A stretch of DNA of 64,000 bases, taken from positions 40,843 to 104,842 of the forward strand of contig JACAVV010000009.1 in the NCBI GenBank assembly GCA_024648695.1, read 5' to 3'. The notes under the pieces are model-generated. The model ran no database searches. It was not told where the DNA came from and saw only the letters and a list, made by a program, of their open reading frames with translations. A program made the position numbers and the translations under genes. Shown piece by piece: positions 27,485 through 36,055 of this stretch (positions are counted from its first letter, which is position 1; every line of letters begins with the position of its first letter). The DNA is from Nitrospina sp. (GTDB lineage: Bacteria; Nitrospinota; Nitrospinia; Nitrospinales; JACRGP01).

Positions 27485-28966
27485 ATGCAAAATTTCTCTG
27501 AAAACCTTTCGCTCTGTATCCGAGCCCGCTACCCGATTATTTACATGTTGTCCTGGGAAGAAAACCGGGTAGAAACCTTGGTCCAGGAAATCGCCCAAAA
27601 AACAAAAAAACAATTGATCACCTGGAGCCTCACGCAAGGATTCAATCCCTCTCCAGGGGACACCGGACAAACCAACAAGCCGGAAGAAGCTCTACTGGCG
27701 ATTGGTGAGTCGAACCTGAAAGCCATATTCCTGCTGAAAGATTTTCATCCTTTTCTTGAAAAGGAATTGGTAGTAAGGATGTTGCGGGATTTGGTGTTCA
27801 AGCTCAAGCGAAGTTACAAAACCGTAATTCTGATTTCGCCAATTCTTAAGATTCCTCCTGAACTGGAAAAGGATCTTACTGTATTCGATTTTCCCTTACC
27901 CGAGGCTCCCGAACTGGGTACTTTACTTACCAATATTCTGGGGCCTTATATGAATTCCAGGGACATCAATATCGAACTGTCTCCAGAATTGAAGGAAAAG
28001 GTCATTCAGGCAACCCTGGGCCTCACGCTCAATGAGGCTGAAAATGTTTTTTCGAAAGCATTGTTAAAGGACCGGGGATTCACAGAAAAAGATTTACCGG
28101 ATATCATTCAGGAGAAACAACAACTCATTCGCAAATCGGGGATCCTCGACTTTATCGGGTTTTCTACCAAGCTTGGGCATGTGGGCGGATTGGCAAAACT
28201 TAAGCAATGGCTACGCAAGCGGTCTCTATCCTTCAGCGAAAAAGCGAGAAAGTATGGCCTTCCGGAACCCAAAGGATTATTAATGGTGGGTGTGCAGGGC
28301 TGTGGAAAAAGTCTGGCGGCCAAAGCCATTGCCGCAGAATGGAACCTTCCTTTACTAAGGCTCGACGTTGGACAAATTTTCGATTCTTTTATCGGCAATT
28401 CAGAAGCCAATATGAGAAAGGCCATTGGACTGGCAGAAACCATGAGTCCCACCATCCTGTGGCTGGACGAAATTGAAAAAGGGTTTTCCGGAATCAATGC
28501 TTCCGGCTCCGGCGACACGGGGGTGACGGCCCGGGTGTTTGGAACCTTTCTCACCTGGATGCAGGAAAAAACCAAACCGGTGTTTGTGATCGCGACCGCC
28601 AACAATATTGAACAGTTGCCCCCGGAGCTACTCCGCAAAGGCCGTTTCGATGAGATTTTTTTCATTGACCTGCCCAATCAGGAAGAACGCAAAAACATTT
28701 TTCAAATCCACATCGCTCTTAAAAAACGCAATGTCCAGAAATTTGATCTGGATCAATTGGCCGAAAGTACCCATGATTTTAGCGGCGCAGAGATAGAAGA
28801 GGCCGTCATTTCTGCTATGTATCAGAGCTTTTCGGAGAACAGGGACTTTAACACAGAGGATGTACTGTCGGCTGTAGCCGAAACGGTTCCCTTGGCAGTC
28901 ACCGCCCGTGAAAAGGTGGAAGCCCTGAGGAACTGGGCCAAGGAACGGGCACGGTGCGCATCCTGA
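27485..28966 (+). CDS. Ycf46-like AAA+ ATPase
   Basis: Walker A GVQGCGKS, Walker B ILWLDEIEK, sensor/Arg-finger region VFVIATANNIEQLPPELLRKGRFDEIFFIDLP. N-terminal ARYPIIYMLSWEENR resembles Ycf46. The ORF is open from 27416. ATG 27485 avoids overlap with the upstream gene. Confidence 0.8.
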   Translation: MQNFSENLSLCIRARYPIIYMLSWEENRVETLVQEIAQKTKKQLITWSLTQGFNPSPGDTGQTNKPEEALLAIGESNLKAIFLLKDFHPFLEKELVVRMLRDLVFKLKRSYKTVILISPILKIPPELEKDLTVFDFPLPEAPELGTLLTNILGPYMNSRDINIELSPELKEKVIQATLGLTLNEAENVFSKALLKDRGFTEKDLPDIIQEKQQLIRKSGILDFIGFSTKLGHVGGLAKLKQWLRKRSLSFSEKARKYGLPEPKGLLMVGVQGCGKSLAAKAIAAEWNLPLLRLDVGQIFDSFIGNSEANMRKAIGLAETMSPTILWLDEIEKGFSGINASGSGDTGVTARVFGTFLTWMQEKTKPVFVIATANNIEQLPPELLRKGRFDEIFFIDLPNQEERKNIFQIHIALKKRNVQKFDLDQLAESTHDFSGAEIEEAVISAMYQSFSENRDFNTEDVLSAVAETVPLAVTAREKVEALRNWAKERARCAS

Positions 28967-29117
28967 AAAAAACCAGTTAAACGCTTAAGGCATTTCCCTA
29001 TCAGCGGAAAAAAGGTATACTAGGGAATTCAATATCAGAACAAATTGGGGTGTTCCCTGAAAAAATAATGAAATGCGGTTCTCGATAACCGTTTGATTGA
29101 ACGATTTGGAGGTTCTA

Positions 29118-30026
29118 ATGGTGGTCACAGGTGAATGCAGGCTGAACCATACCTGCGAGATGTGTGAATACAATAATGATACCGATTGCAAGGCCGATCA
29201 AAACGAGCACAATCGCTGGCTGGTCAACTTTCGGATGAACAACATCAAGTACAAAATCATTGTTGGTAGTAATAAGGGGGGTGTTGGAAAAAGTACCGTC
29301 ACCACCAATCTGGCTGTGGCTTTAGCTGAAAAAGGTTTTAAAGTGGGTTTGGCAGATGCGGATTTACACGGACCCAATGTTCCTAAATTGGTGGATGCCG
29401 ATAATGTCCGCCTGCGCTCTAAGGATGAAGGTGGTATCGTGCCATACGAAACCCGCAATGGACTTAAAGTCGCTTCTCTGGGATTCCTGATTGAGGATCC
29501 CAACATGCACATAGCCTGGCGTGACGCAGTGAAATATGATTTCATCATTGAGTTGCTGGGAAATATTGATTGGGGTGAACTGGATTATTTGCTGATCGAT
29601 CTGCCTCCGGGTACCGGAAATGAGCAGATCACAATCATCGATTTCATAGGCGATGTCGATGGCGCGATAGTAGTAACGACCCCGCAGGATCTCGCACTGC
29701 TTGATGCAAGAAAAATGATTTCTTTTGCCCGCGACAGTAACGTACCGATCGTCGGTATCATTGAAAACATGAGCACACTCACTTGTCCGCATTGTGAAAA
29801 AGAAGTGGATGTTTTCAAACAGGGCGGAGGGAAAAGTTTGGCCGAAGAATTGGTTATCCCCTATCTCGGCAGTATTCCACTGGATGGAGAAATCACACGC
29901 CGATCGGATAGTGGTGAACCGGTTGTGTTGTCTCGTCCCGACTCCATCGCGGCAAAAGCTTTTATGGAATTGGCCGAGAATACGCATAAGTTTTTGAATC
30001 CTCAGGAAACCTTAAAAGCCGGCTGA
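29118..30026 (+). CDS. Mrp/NBP35 (ApbC)-family Fe-S cluster carrier ATPase with N-terminal Cys4 segment
   Basis: Deviant Walker A GSNKGGVGKST, DLPPGTGN, and conserved CPHC (LTCPHCEKE). The N-terminus carries C-x5-C-x2-C-x7-C. A GGAGG lies 6 nt upstream of ATG 29118. Confidence 0.85.
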   Translation: MVVTGECRLNHTCEMCEYNNDTDCKADQNEHNRWLVNFRMNNIKYKIIVGSNKGGVGKSTVTTNLAVALAEKGFKVGLADADLHGPNVPKLVDADNVRLRSKDEGGIVPYETRNGLKVASLGFLIEDPNMHIAWRDAVKYDFIIELLGNIDWGELDYLLIDLPPGTGNEQITIIDFIGDVDGAIVVTTPQDLALLDARKMISFARDSNVPIVGIIENMSTLTCPHCEKEVDVFKQGGGKSLAEELVIPYLGSIPLDGEITRRSDSGEPVVLSRPDSIAAKAFMELAENTHKFLNPQETLKAG

Positions 30027-30273
30027 CCGGTTATTTCAAGGTTTGATTTTTTGGGAAAGAACGTTCCTCCTCGGAATTAGGGATTGCATGAAAAAAAATC
30101 CTTTCCAAGGGGGACCGTAGTCAAATATCGTCCTTCCCTGATCATTGGAATCAATTTCGCTTTACAAATTCCTTTCACCTGTGAATGAGTGCTATAATAG
30201 AATTAGAAGCATGAACATTTACGTTCGTGCCGACTCATGGTATTGGCAACACTCAGAAAGATTTTTTTTAAAT

Positions 30274-31374
30274 ATGTTTTCCTCCAAAGTTTCAAAACCC
30301 GGGTTTCTGGGGTGGCTTCTCGCTTTTTTCCTGGTTGTTCCCTCATTCAGTTTTTCTCCGGTATGGGCTGAAGATTCATCTAAAATATACAGCAACAATC
30401 CAGTGGTCGCCGTAGTGGATGGGGAACCCATTAAATTAGACCAGTTGAAGAATGCGAAAATTCAGGAAGAAATGGTCCGACTTTTCGAACTACAAAAAAG
30501 GATCCTCAAGCAAAAAATCCTGAAAAAGCTTGAAAAAAGTCATCCGGAAATGGCTAGGATCAAAATGCCGCAAGCCTCCAGAAAGGATGTCATTCAGTTT
30601 TACAACCAGACTCCAGGGGTCAAGGAACTGGGTCCCATTGAAAAAACTCAGGATGAAATTCGGCAATACCTGAATGAAATGTACAAGGATTCTTTTTATG
30701 AGACGCAATACCAGACAGCAGTGGACAAAGGCTGGGTGGTCGATTATTTCGAGGCCCCTAATGAATTCCAGTTGGTAGCTTCCTTGGGAAAAGCGAACCT
30801 CTGGTTTAAGGAAAATTCCAAACAACCCCGAAAAGTTTACGTTCTGGAATTCTCTGATTTTCAGTGTCCTTTTTGCAAACGGGTTCAAGCAACTTTATCC
30901 AAGTTGCGGGAACGGTATCAATCTCGAGTACAGTTTGGGTACCGGCATTTTCCCCTTCCCTTTCATAAAGAAGCGCAGATGCTGGCAGAAGCCTCCGAAT
31001 GTGCAAGGGACCAGGGAAAATTCTGGGAATTGCAATCATTATTGTATAAGCTAACGCTGACCACCATCCAGATGGAGCAGATCACTAATTTGGCCAAGAA
31101 TGCTGGGGTCAGGAATATCGGCAAATTTGAGAAATGCGTTCAATCCAGAAGATACATGGCCCGTGTTAATAAGGATTTGCAAGATGGGGTTGCTTTGGGA
31201 ATTCAGGGGACGCCCACTTTCATTATTGGAATGTTGCAACCGGACTCAAAATCGGTGCGGGGAGAAATGTTTTCAGGAGCTGTCTCGGAAGAAATGTTTG
31301 TAGACAAAATCGAGAAATACTTAAACAAGTTAAAAAATGGGAAACAAGTATCTGCCCTTGCCGCCAATCCTTGA
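30274..31374 (+). CDS. Exported DsbA-family thiol:disulfide oxidoreductase with N-terminal SurA-like chaperone segment
   Basis: Signal peptide from ATG 30274 (MFSSKVSKPGFLGWLLAFFLVVPSFSFSPVWA). Thioredoxin-fold active site FSDFQCPFCKR, then GIQGTPTFIIG (cis-Pro loop region). Confidence 0.8.
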   Translation: MFSSKVSKPGFLGWLLAFFLVVPSFSFSPVWAEDSSKIYSNNPVVAVVDGEPIKLDQLKNAKIQEEMVRLFELQKRILKQKILKKLEKSHPEMARIKMPQASRKDVIQFYNQTPGVKELGPIEKTQDEIRQYLNEMYKDSFYETQYQTAVDKGWVVDYFEAPNEFQLVASLGKANLWFKENSKQPRKVYVLEFSDFQCPFCKRVQATLSKLRERYQSRVQFGYRHFPLPFHKEAQMLAEASECARDQGKFWELQSLLYKLTLTTIQMEQITNLAKNAGVRNIGKFEKCVQSRRYMARVNKDLQDGVALGIQGTPTFIIGMLQPDSKSVRGEMFSGAVSEEMFVDKIEKYLNKLKNGKQVSALAANP

Positions 31375-31957
31375 GCGTTTAATATTTGCAGGTACCTGTT
31401 TGAAATTTTCCCTCAAACGTGTTTGGACCTGGTGGCTTCTCGGTGTCCTTTTTTTCGGGGCCCCTGCGGTTTTAAATGCCGAACCACTGAGAAACTTTAA
31501 GTCGTTTCAAGATTTCTTTTACCAACAACTCAACCCGGTAAGTATCGAGGCGGTAGCTCTTTTTGAAAACGACTTTCTTCGCCCTGGAGAAACATTTGAT
31601 TTATGGATCCGACTGGACATTCAGGAAGGTTGGCATGTTTATTCCCTTGAAGTTTTAGGCCACCCGCAATTATCAACACAAATCCGAATCCACTCCAATG
31701 CATTTATTCCGGTTTCCAATTGGCAAGAATCGACCCCTCAAATGCGCTATGATAAATTGTTGCAGAAGACGGTGAAATCTCATGTCAAAAAAGCTGAATT
31801 CAACTCTTCCCAAATCGTTCCCGAATCAACACCGTCAGGAAACTACACCATTGCTGGCTCTTTGACCTACAGCGCATGCAATAATACCATTTGCACATTA
31901 CCCAAAGTTTCGCCGTTCCATACCAGGGTTGTGGTTGAAGCTGATCCCAAACCCTAA
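31337..31957 (+). CDS. Exported protein with DsbD-N-terminal-like (DsbC/DsbD alpha) domain
   Basis: Signal-like WTWWLLGVLFFGAPAVLNA and a family-typical C-terminal LTYSACNNTICTLP. The start is uncertain: ATG 31337 overlaps the upstream gene, and a TTG at 31400 is an alternative. Confidence 0.6.
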   Translation: MGNKYLPLPPILERLIFAGTCLKFSLKRVWTWWLLGVLFFGAPAVLNAEPLRNFKSFQDFFYQQLNPVSIEAVALFENDFLRPGETFDLWIRLDIQEGWHVYSLEVLGHPQLSTQIRIHSNAFIPVSNWQESTPQMRYDKLLQKTVKSHVKKAEFNSSQIVPESTPSGNYTIAGSLTYSACNNTICTLPKVSPFHTRVVVEADPKP

Positions 31958-31997
31958 ATATTTAGAAGGCTCATTTATTTATTGATTGGTCTCTGAT

Positions 31998-34658
31998 ATG
32001 CAGGTCATAACCACTCATCAAAGTGCCGATTTCGACTGCCTGGCCTCAATGGTTGCGGCGCAAAAACTATATCCACAAGCCAGAATGGTGTTTTCGGGTT
32101 CTGTCGAAACTCCGGTTCAAGCCTACCTGCAACATTTTAATTTTCCTTTTCAGTTGGCGCGAATAAAAGAAATCGATCTGAACGCAGTCGATTTGTTGAT
32201 CGTTGTGGATACACATGACCCTCAACGTATCGGAAAATTTGAAAGCTTGTTGAATCAACCAGCAGTTTCGGTTCACCTGTTTGATCATCATGTCGATTCG
32301 GATTCTTCTCTGTCATCTGAGAAAACCTGGATAGAAAATCGTGGTGCCTGCGCCACTCTTCTTTTCGAGCATCTAAGAAAGCAGAACATTGCGTTGACTC
32401 CTCAGGAAGCCACCCTCCTGTTGCTCGGAATTTATCAGGACACACATTCCCTGATTTCTCCATCCACCACTCCCGAAGATTTCAGGGCCGTAGCCGATCT
32501 GGTAACGATGGGAGGCGATTTAAACACAGTGGCGGATTTTGTTCAGCCTCGGTTGAATCCTGAACAGGTGGAGGTGTTGAATGATTTAATCGCCAGCCTG
32601 GAAACTACGTCTATTAATGGATTCGAAATTGCCATTGCAACAGCCGTGGTCGAAAACTATGTGGGCGACCTGGCCATGGTAGCTTCCAAAATAATGGAGT
32701 TAGAAAACCTCAACGCCCTGTTCACCATTGTGGGTCTCGACCAAAGGATGTATTTGATCGGCAGAAGCCGTACCGAACATATCAACGTGGGCTCCATCAT
32801 GCGTGAACTGGGTGGTGGTGGACATCCCCAGGCCGCATCGGCGAGCATGAACGGGCAAACTCTCGTTCAAGTGCGGGAGCGTCTGATCACTCAATTGAAT
32901 GAAAGCATTGAATCGCCCACACGAGTGGAATATTTTATGCACACTCCGCCAGTTTCTGTGAATGCCGGAGATTCCATTAAACAGGTGGAACAAGTGCTCA
33001 CACGTTGCAATTTAAACACCCTTCCCGTATTGCAAGATGATGTGCCCGTAGGTTTGATCACCAGGCAAATTGTAGAAAAAGCCATTCACCATAAAATGCA
33101 AATGGAGCCGGCCAGCGACTTGATGATTCGTGAATTTTCCGTATGCCATCCCGACAGCTTTTTTAAAGATTTGATCCCCATCATCGTGGAGGAAAAACAA
33201 AAACTGGTTCCAGTGGTCGAACCGCAAACAGAAACATTGATCGGTGTGGTCAGTCGCGGCGACCTTTTGCGTGTCCTGTATGGCGATTTTTCAAAATACG
33301 CCACCCTCGCACCGAACCTTTTTTTCAATGAGTCTCCGGTCCCTTTCAAAAATATTAAAAGCCTGATGAAAGAACGCCTTCCAAAAAAGATAATGGATTT
33401 GATCCAGTCGATCATTGCCGCCGGTGACGCGACCGGTGTTTCGGTTTTTGTGGTGGGTGGGTTCGTGCGGGATCTTTTACTGGGTATCGAAAATTTGGAC
33501 CTGGATGTGGTGGTCGAAGGAGACGGTATTCAATTTGCCCAGGCACTGAAAGGGAAATTGGGTGGCAGGGTGCGGAGCCATCAAAAGTTTGTCACAGCGG
33601 TTTTGATTCTTGAAGATGGTTTTAAAATCGATATTGCATCAGCCCGCATGGAATATTATGAACGGCCCGCGGCCTTGCCCACGGTTCGAATGAGTTCCAT
33701 CAAATCCGATTTGTTTCGCAGGGATTTTTCATTCAACAGTTTGGCCATTCAATTAAATGGAGCCGATGCGTACAAACTGATCGATTACTTTAACGGTCAG
33801 CGGGATCTGAAAAACAAGGCGGTCCGCGTCCTGCACAACCTTAGCTTTATTGAAGACCCCTGCCGAGCATTCCGGGCGGTGCGTTTTGAACAGAGATTCC
33901 AGTTTACCATTGGAAAGCAGACGGAAGCCTTTCTGAAAAACGCTGTTCAAAAAGGCTTGATCCATCAACTGAGCGGATCCCGATTGATGAATGAGTTCAC
34001 TTTGTTGCTAAAGGAAACCAGACCCGCTCATTGTCTTCTGCGGATGAAGGACTTGGGTCTTTTGCAGGTGATTCATCCCGAGTTTTTGCAAACTCCGGAG
34101 AGCCAGGAAGCTCTCGCCAAAATAGAAGAAACCCTATCCTGGTCGGACATCGTAGTCATGCCCAAGCCACCGGATCCTTGGAAAGTGTATTTGCTGGGAC
34201 TGGTTTATTTTCTTGGACCCAACGATTTTGAAATCTGGCTAAAACAAATGCACGCCCCGATGAAATTGGCAAAACAACTGAAGGAAGATTGCCTGGGAGT
34301 GTGTTCCGGATTGAAGACATTTGAAGGGAAAAAACAATTTTTAGCCAGCGAAGTTTACGAAGTATTTTCCGGCTTATCCCCGGAGGCCATTATCTTTTTA
34401 ATGGTCCTGACAAAAAACCCGGAAGTCCCGCGGCAGGTTCTGCTTTATTTAACGCAATATCAGGCCAGGGGAAAGATTGCACTTTCTGGCGAAGATTTAA
34501 TTAATATAGGGATTTCCACTGGCCCCATCTTCAGCAAAATTTTCAAAGCCTTGCGAACCGCACGGCTGGAGGGTGAAATCACCACTCGGGAAGAAGAGAA
34601 AGCTTTCGTCGAAAAATACTTTAAAAGCAAAATTCATACAGCCGAAAAGGCAGATTGA
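31998..34658 (+). CDS. DHH/DHHA1 phosphoesterase - tandem CBS - tRNA nucleotidyltransferase/poly(A) polymerase fusion protein
   Basis: N-terminus HQSADFDCLASM...VVDTHD...DHH (DHH motifs) and GGGGHPQAASA (DHHA1). Two CBS-like units follow. The nucleotidyltransferase head is VFVVGGFVRDLLLG..NLDLDVVVEGD...RRDFSFNSLA. Confidence 0.85.
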   Translation: MQVITTHQSADFDCLASMVAAQKLYPQARMVFSGSVETPVQAYLQHFNFPFQLARIKEIDLNAVDLLIVVDTHDPQRIGKFESLLNQPAVSVHLFDHHVDSDSSLSSEKTWIENRGACATLLFEHLRKQNIALTPQEATLLLLGIYQDTHSLISPSTTPEDFRAVADLVTMGGDLNTVADFVQPRLNPEQVEVLNDLIASLETTSINGFEIAIATAVVENYVGDLAMVASKIMELENLNALFTIVGLDQRMYLIGRSRTEHINVGSIMRELGGGGHPQAASASMNGQTLVQVRERLITQLNESIESPTRVEYFMHTPPVSVNAGDSIKQVEQVLTRCNLNTLPVLQDDVPVGLITRQIVEKAIHHKMQMEPASDLMIREFSVCHPDSFFKDLIPIIVEEKQKLVPVVEPQTETLIGVVSRGDLLRVLYGDFSKYATLAPNLFFNESPVPFKNIKSLMKERLPKKIMDLIQSIIAAGDATGVSVFVVGGFVRDLLLGIENLDLDVVVEGDGIQFAQALKGKLGGRVRSHQKFVTAVLILEDGFKIDIASARMEYYERPAALPTVRMSSIKSDLFRRDFSFNSLAIQLNGADAYKLIDYFNGQRDLKNKAVRVLHNLSFIEDPCRAFRAVRFEQRFQFTIGKQTEAFLKNAVQKGLIHQLSGSRLMNEFTLLLKETRPAHCLLRMKDLGLLQVIHPEFLQTPESQEALAKIEETLSWSDIVVMPKPPDPWKVYLLGLVYFLGPNDFEIWLKQMHAPMKLAKQLKEDCLGVCSGLKTFEGKKQFLASEVYEVFSGLSPEAIIFLMVLTKNPEVPRQVLLYLTQYQARGKIALSGEDLINIGISTGPIFSKIFKALRTARLEGEITTREEEKAFVEKYFKSKIHTAEKAD

Positions 34659-34917
34659 GAAGAAGTAAAAAAATTGGAATGACCACTTTTCAAACTAGTT
34701 TTTCTCAAACTAGTACTCCTGAGGAATATTTAAAGGCAACTAAGGATCTCCGGATATACTTTTACTTGAGGTTTTTCGTCGCTGTCATTCCTCCCAGGAC
34801 AAAACAGCTTCTTTCCCAACTTTCACAAGTAGCCAAAACCAAGGGGCGAAGTTATGATATACTTTCCCATTAATCCCAACCTTAGCGAAAAAATCAAATT
34901 TATAAACAGGATGATTC

Positions 34918-35415
34918 ATGGCCAGTGTTGAATTTTTAATAAAGCAATTTTTAAGTCCGGACAAAAAGAAACTCGATTTGAGTAATCAAAAACTTGGCGA
35001 CAAAGGCATCGCCAATCTTGTGAAGTCGAAAAGTTTATCCCGGGTTCAAAGGTTGTGCCTCCCGAATAATGATATCAGCGACGAGGGAGCCACCGCCATT
35101 GCCGAATGTGAAAGCTTTAAAAACATCAAAGAGTTGGATCTGTACAACAATGTGATCAGTGATGACGGAGTGAAAGCCTTAATGGACTCCACCTATTTGT
35201 CCAACCTCCGTCGGCTGAACCTGTACGGAAACCTGATAGAAGATGAAGGCGCTATCGCTATTGCAGAATCGCCCAACAACAAAAAACTGACTCATATATT
35301 TCTCACTTCCAACCGCATTCGCAGGGAAGGCATCGAAGCTTTGAAAAAGGCAAAAACACGTACGCGCTTATGCCACCTTCACGTGGATGATATCGAGGAA
35401 TTCGAATACGAATGA
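34918..35415 (+). CDS. Ribonuclease-inhibitor-type (RNI-like) leucine-rich repeat protein, cytoplasmic
   Basis: Repeats of about 28 aa: L-x-L-x-x-N-x-I/L-g-D-e-G-a-x-a-I/L-a. Examples are LDLSNQKLGDKGIANLVKS, LCLPNNDISDEGATAIAEC, LDLYNNVISDDGVKALMDS and LNLYGNLIEDEGAIAIAES. Confidence 0.8.
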   Translation: MASVEFLIKQFLSPDKKKLDLSNQKLGDKGIANLVKSKSLSRVQRLCLPNNDISDEGATAIAECESFKNIKELDLYNNVISDDGVKALMDSTYLSNLRRLNLYGNLIEDEGAIAIAESPNNKKLTHIFLTSNRIRREGIEALKKAKTRTRLCHLHVDDIEEFEYE

Positions 35416-35444
35416 TTGTGGGAAGATTGTGGGAAGATTGAAGG
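35414..35444. repeat. 11-bp tandem direct repeat (gattgtgggaa x2 plus a partial third copy) in the spacer between the two LRR genes
   Basis: Read directly: gattgtgggaa gattgtgggaa gattgaagg. Confidence 0.9.
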
Positions 35445-35492
35445 TTCTTGATAATTTCTGGTATGTTGCCACACTATTATGAGGAAATCTCC

Positions 35493-36047
35493 ATGAAACG
35501 AATTCTGATCCCGATCCTGTTAGGACTCTTTTTCTTTTCCGGAACGCCCCCCGTCAAAGCCCAGTTTTTTGATGAGAAAGTAGATTATGAAAGCCTGCTC
35601 AAACAAGGGTTGAAACGAAATGGAAAGATGCTGAATTTGGGGGGGAAAAAAATTGGAGACGAAGGATTAAAGTTTATCCTCAATCACGAGAAAATCAAAA
35701 AGGTGACTCACCTGGATTTAAGGTATAACGAGATCACCGCTGAGGGGGGCAAACTCATTGCACAGTCAAAAAACCTGCAAAAGTTGAAATCCCTGGAATT
35801 GCGTCACAATGATTTGGGGGACAGTGGATCGCAGGCATTGGCCGAATCGGAAAACCTGCCGAAGTTGCAAAACTTGAAACTTGGATGGAATGAAGTCCAC
35901 GATCCCGGTGGTCTCGCCATAGCCCATTCCAAGACTCTCACCAAAACGTTAAAAAAGTTGGATCTGAGAGAAAATTTTCTAGCCGACTCCACAAAAGAAG
36001 AATTGAAAAAAGCCTACGCTCATATTAAATCTCTCAAACTTTTTTAA
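35493..36047 (+). CDS. RNI-like leucine-rich repeat protein with signal peptide (exported)
   Basis: MKRILIPILLGLFFFSGTPPVKA signal, then RNI-type repeats (LNLGGKKIGDEGLKFIL, LDLRYNEITAEGGKLIAQS, LELRHNDLGDSGSQALAES, LKLGWNEVHDPGGLAIAHS). Confidence 0.8.
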   Translation: MKRILIPILLGLFFFSGTPPVKAQFFDEKVDYESLLKQGLKRNGKMLNLGGKKIGDEGLKFILNHEKIKKVTHLDLRYNEITAEGGKLIAQSKNLQKLKSLELRHNDLGDSGSQALAESENLPKLQNLKLGWNEVHDPGGLAIAHSKTLTKTLKKLDLRENFLADSTKEELKKAYAHIKSLKLF

Positions 36048-36055
36048 CTACCCTA

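Noticed and set aside
28108-28677. 189-aa minus-strand ORF; similarly 29364-29987 and 42532-42972
   Set aside because: They are antisense to the AAA+ and Mrp genes respectively, with Ser/Pro/Arg-rich translations and no motifs.
34655-34873. 72-aa ORF overlapping the stop of the DHH-CBS-CCA gene
   Set aside because: It has no recognisable motif or RBS, and its composition is unlike the neighbouring genes. The region more likely holds the promoter of the LRR genes. It contains a 10-bp palindrome AAACTAGTTT with a nearby partial repeat CAAACTAGT, which I could not interpret.
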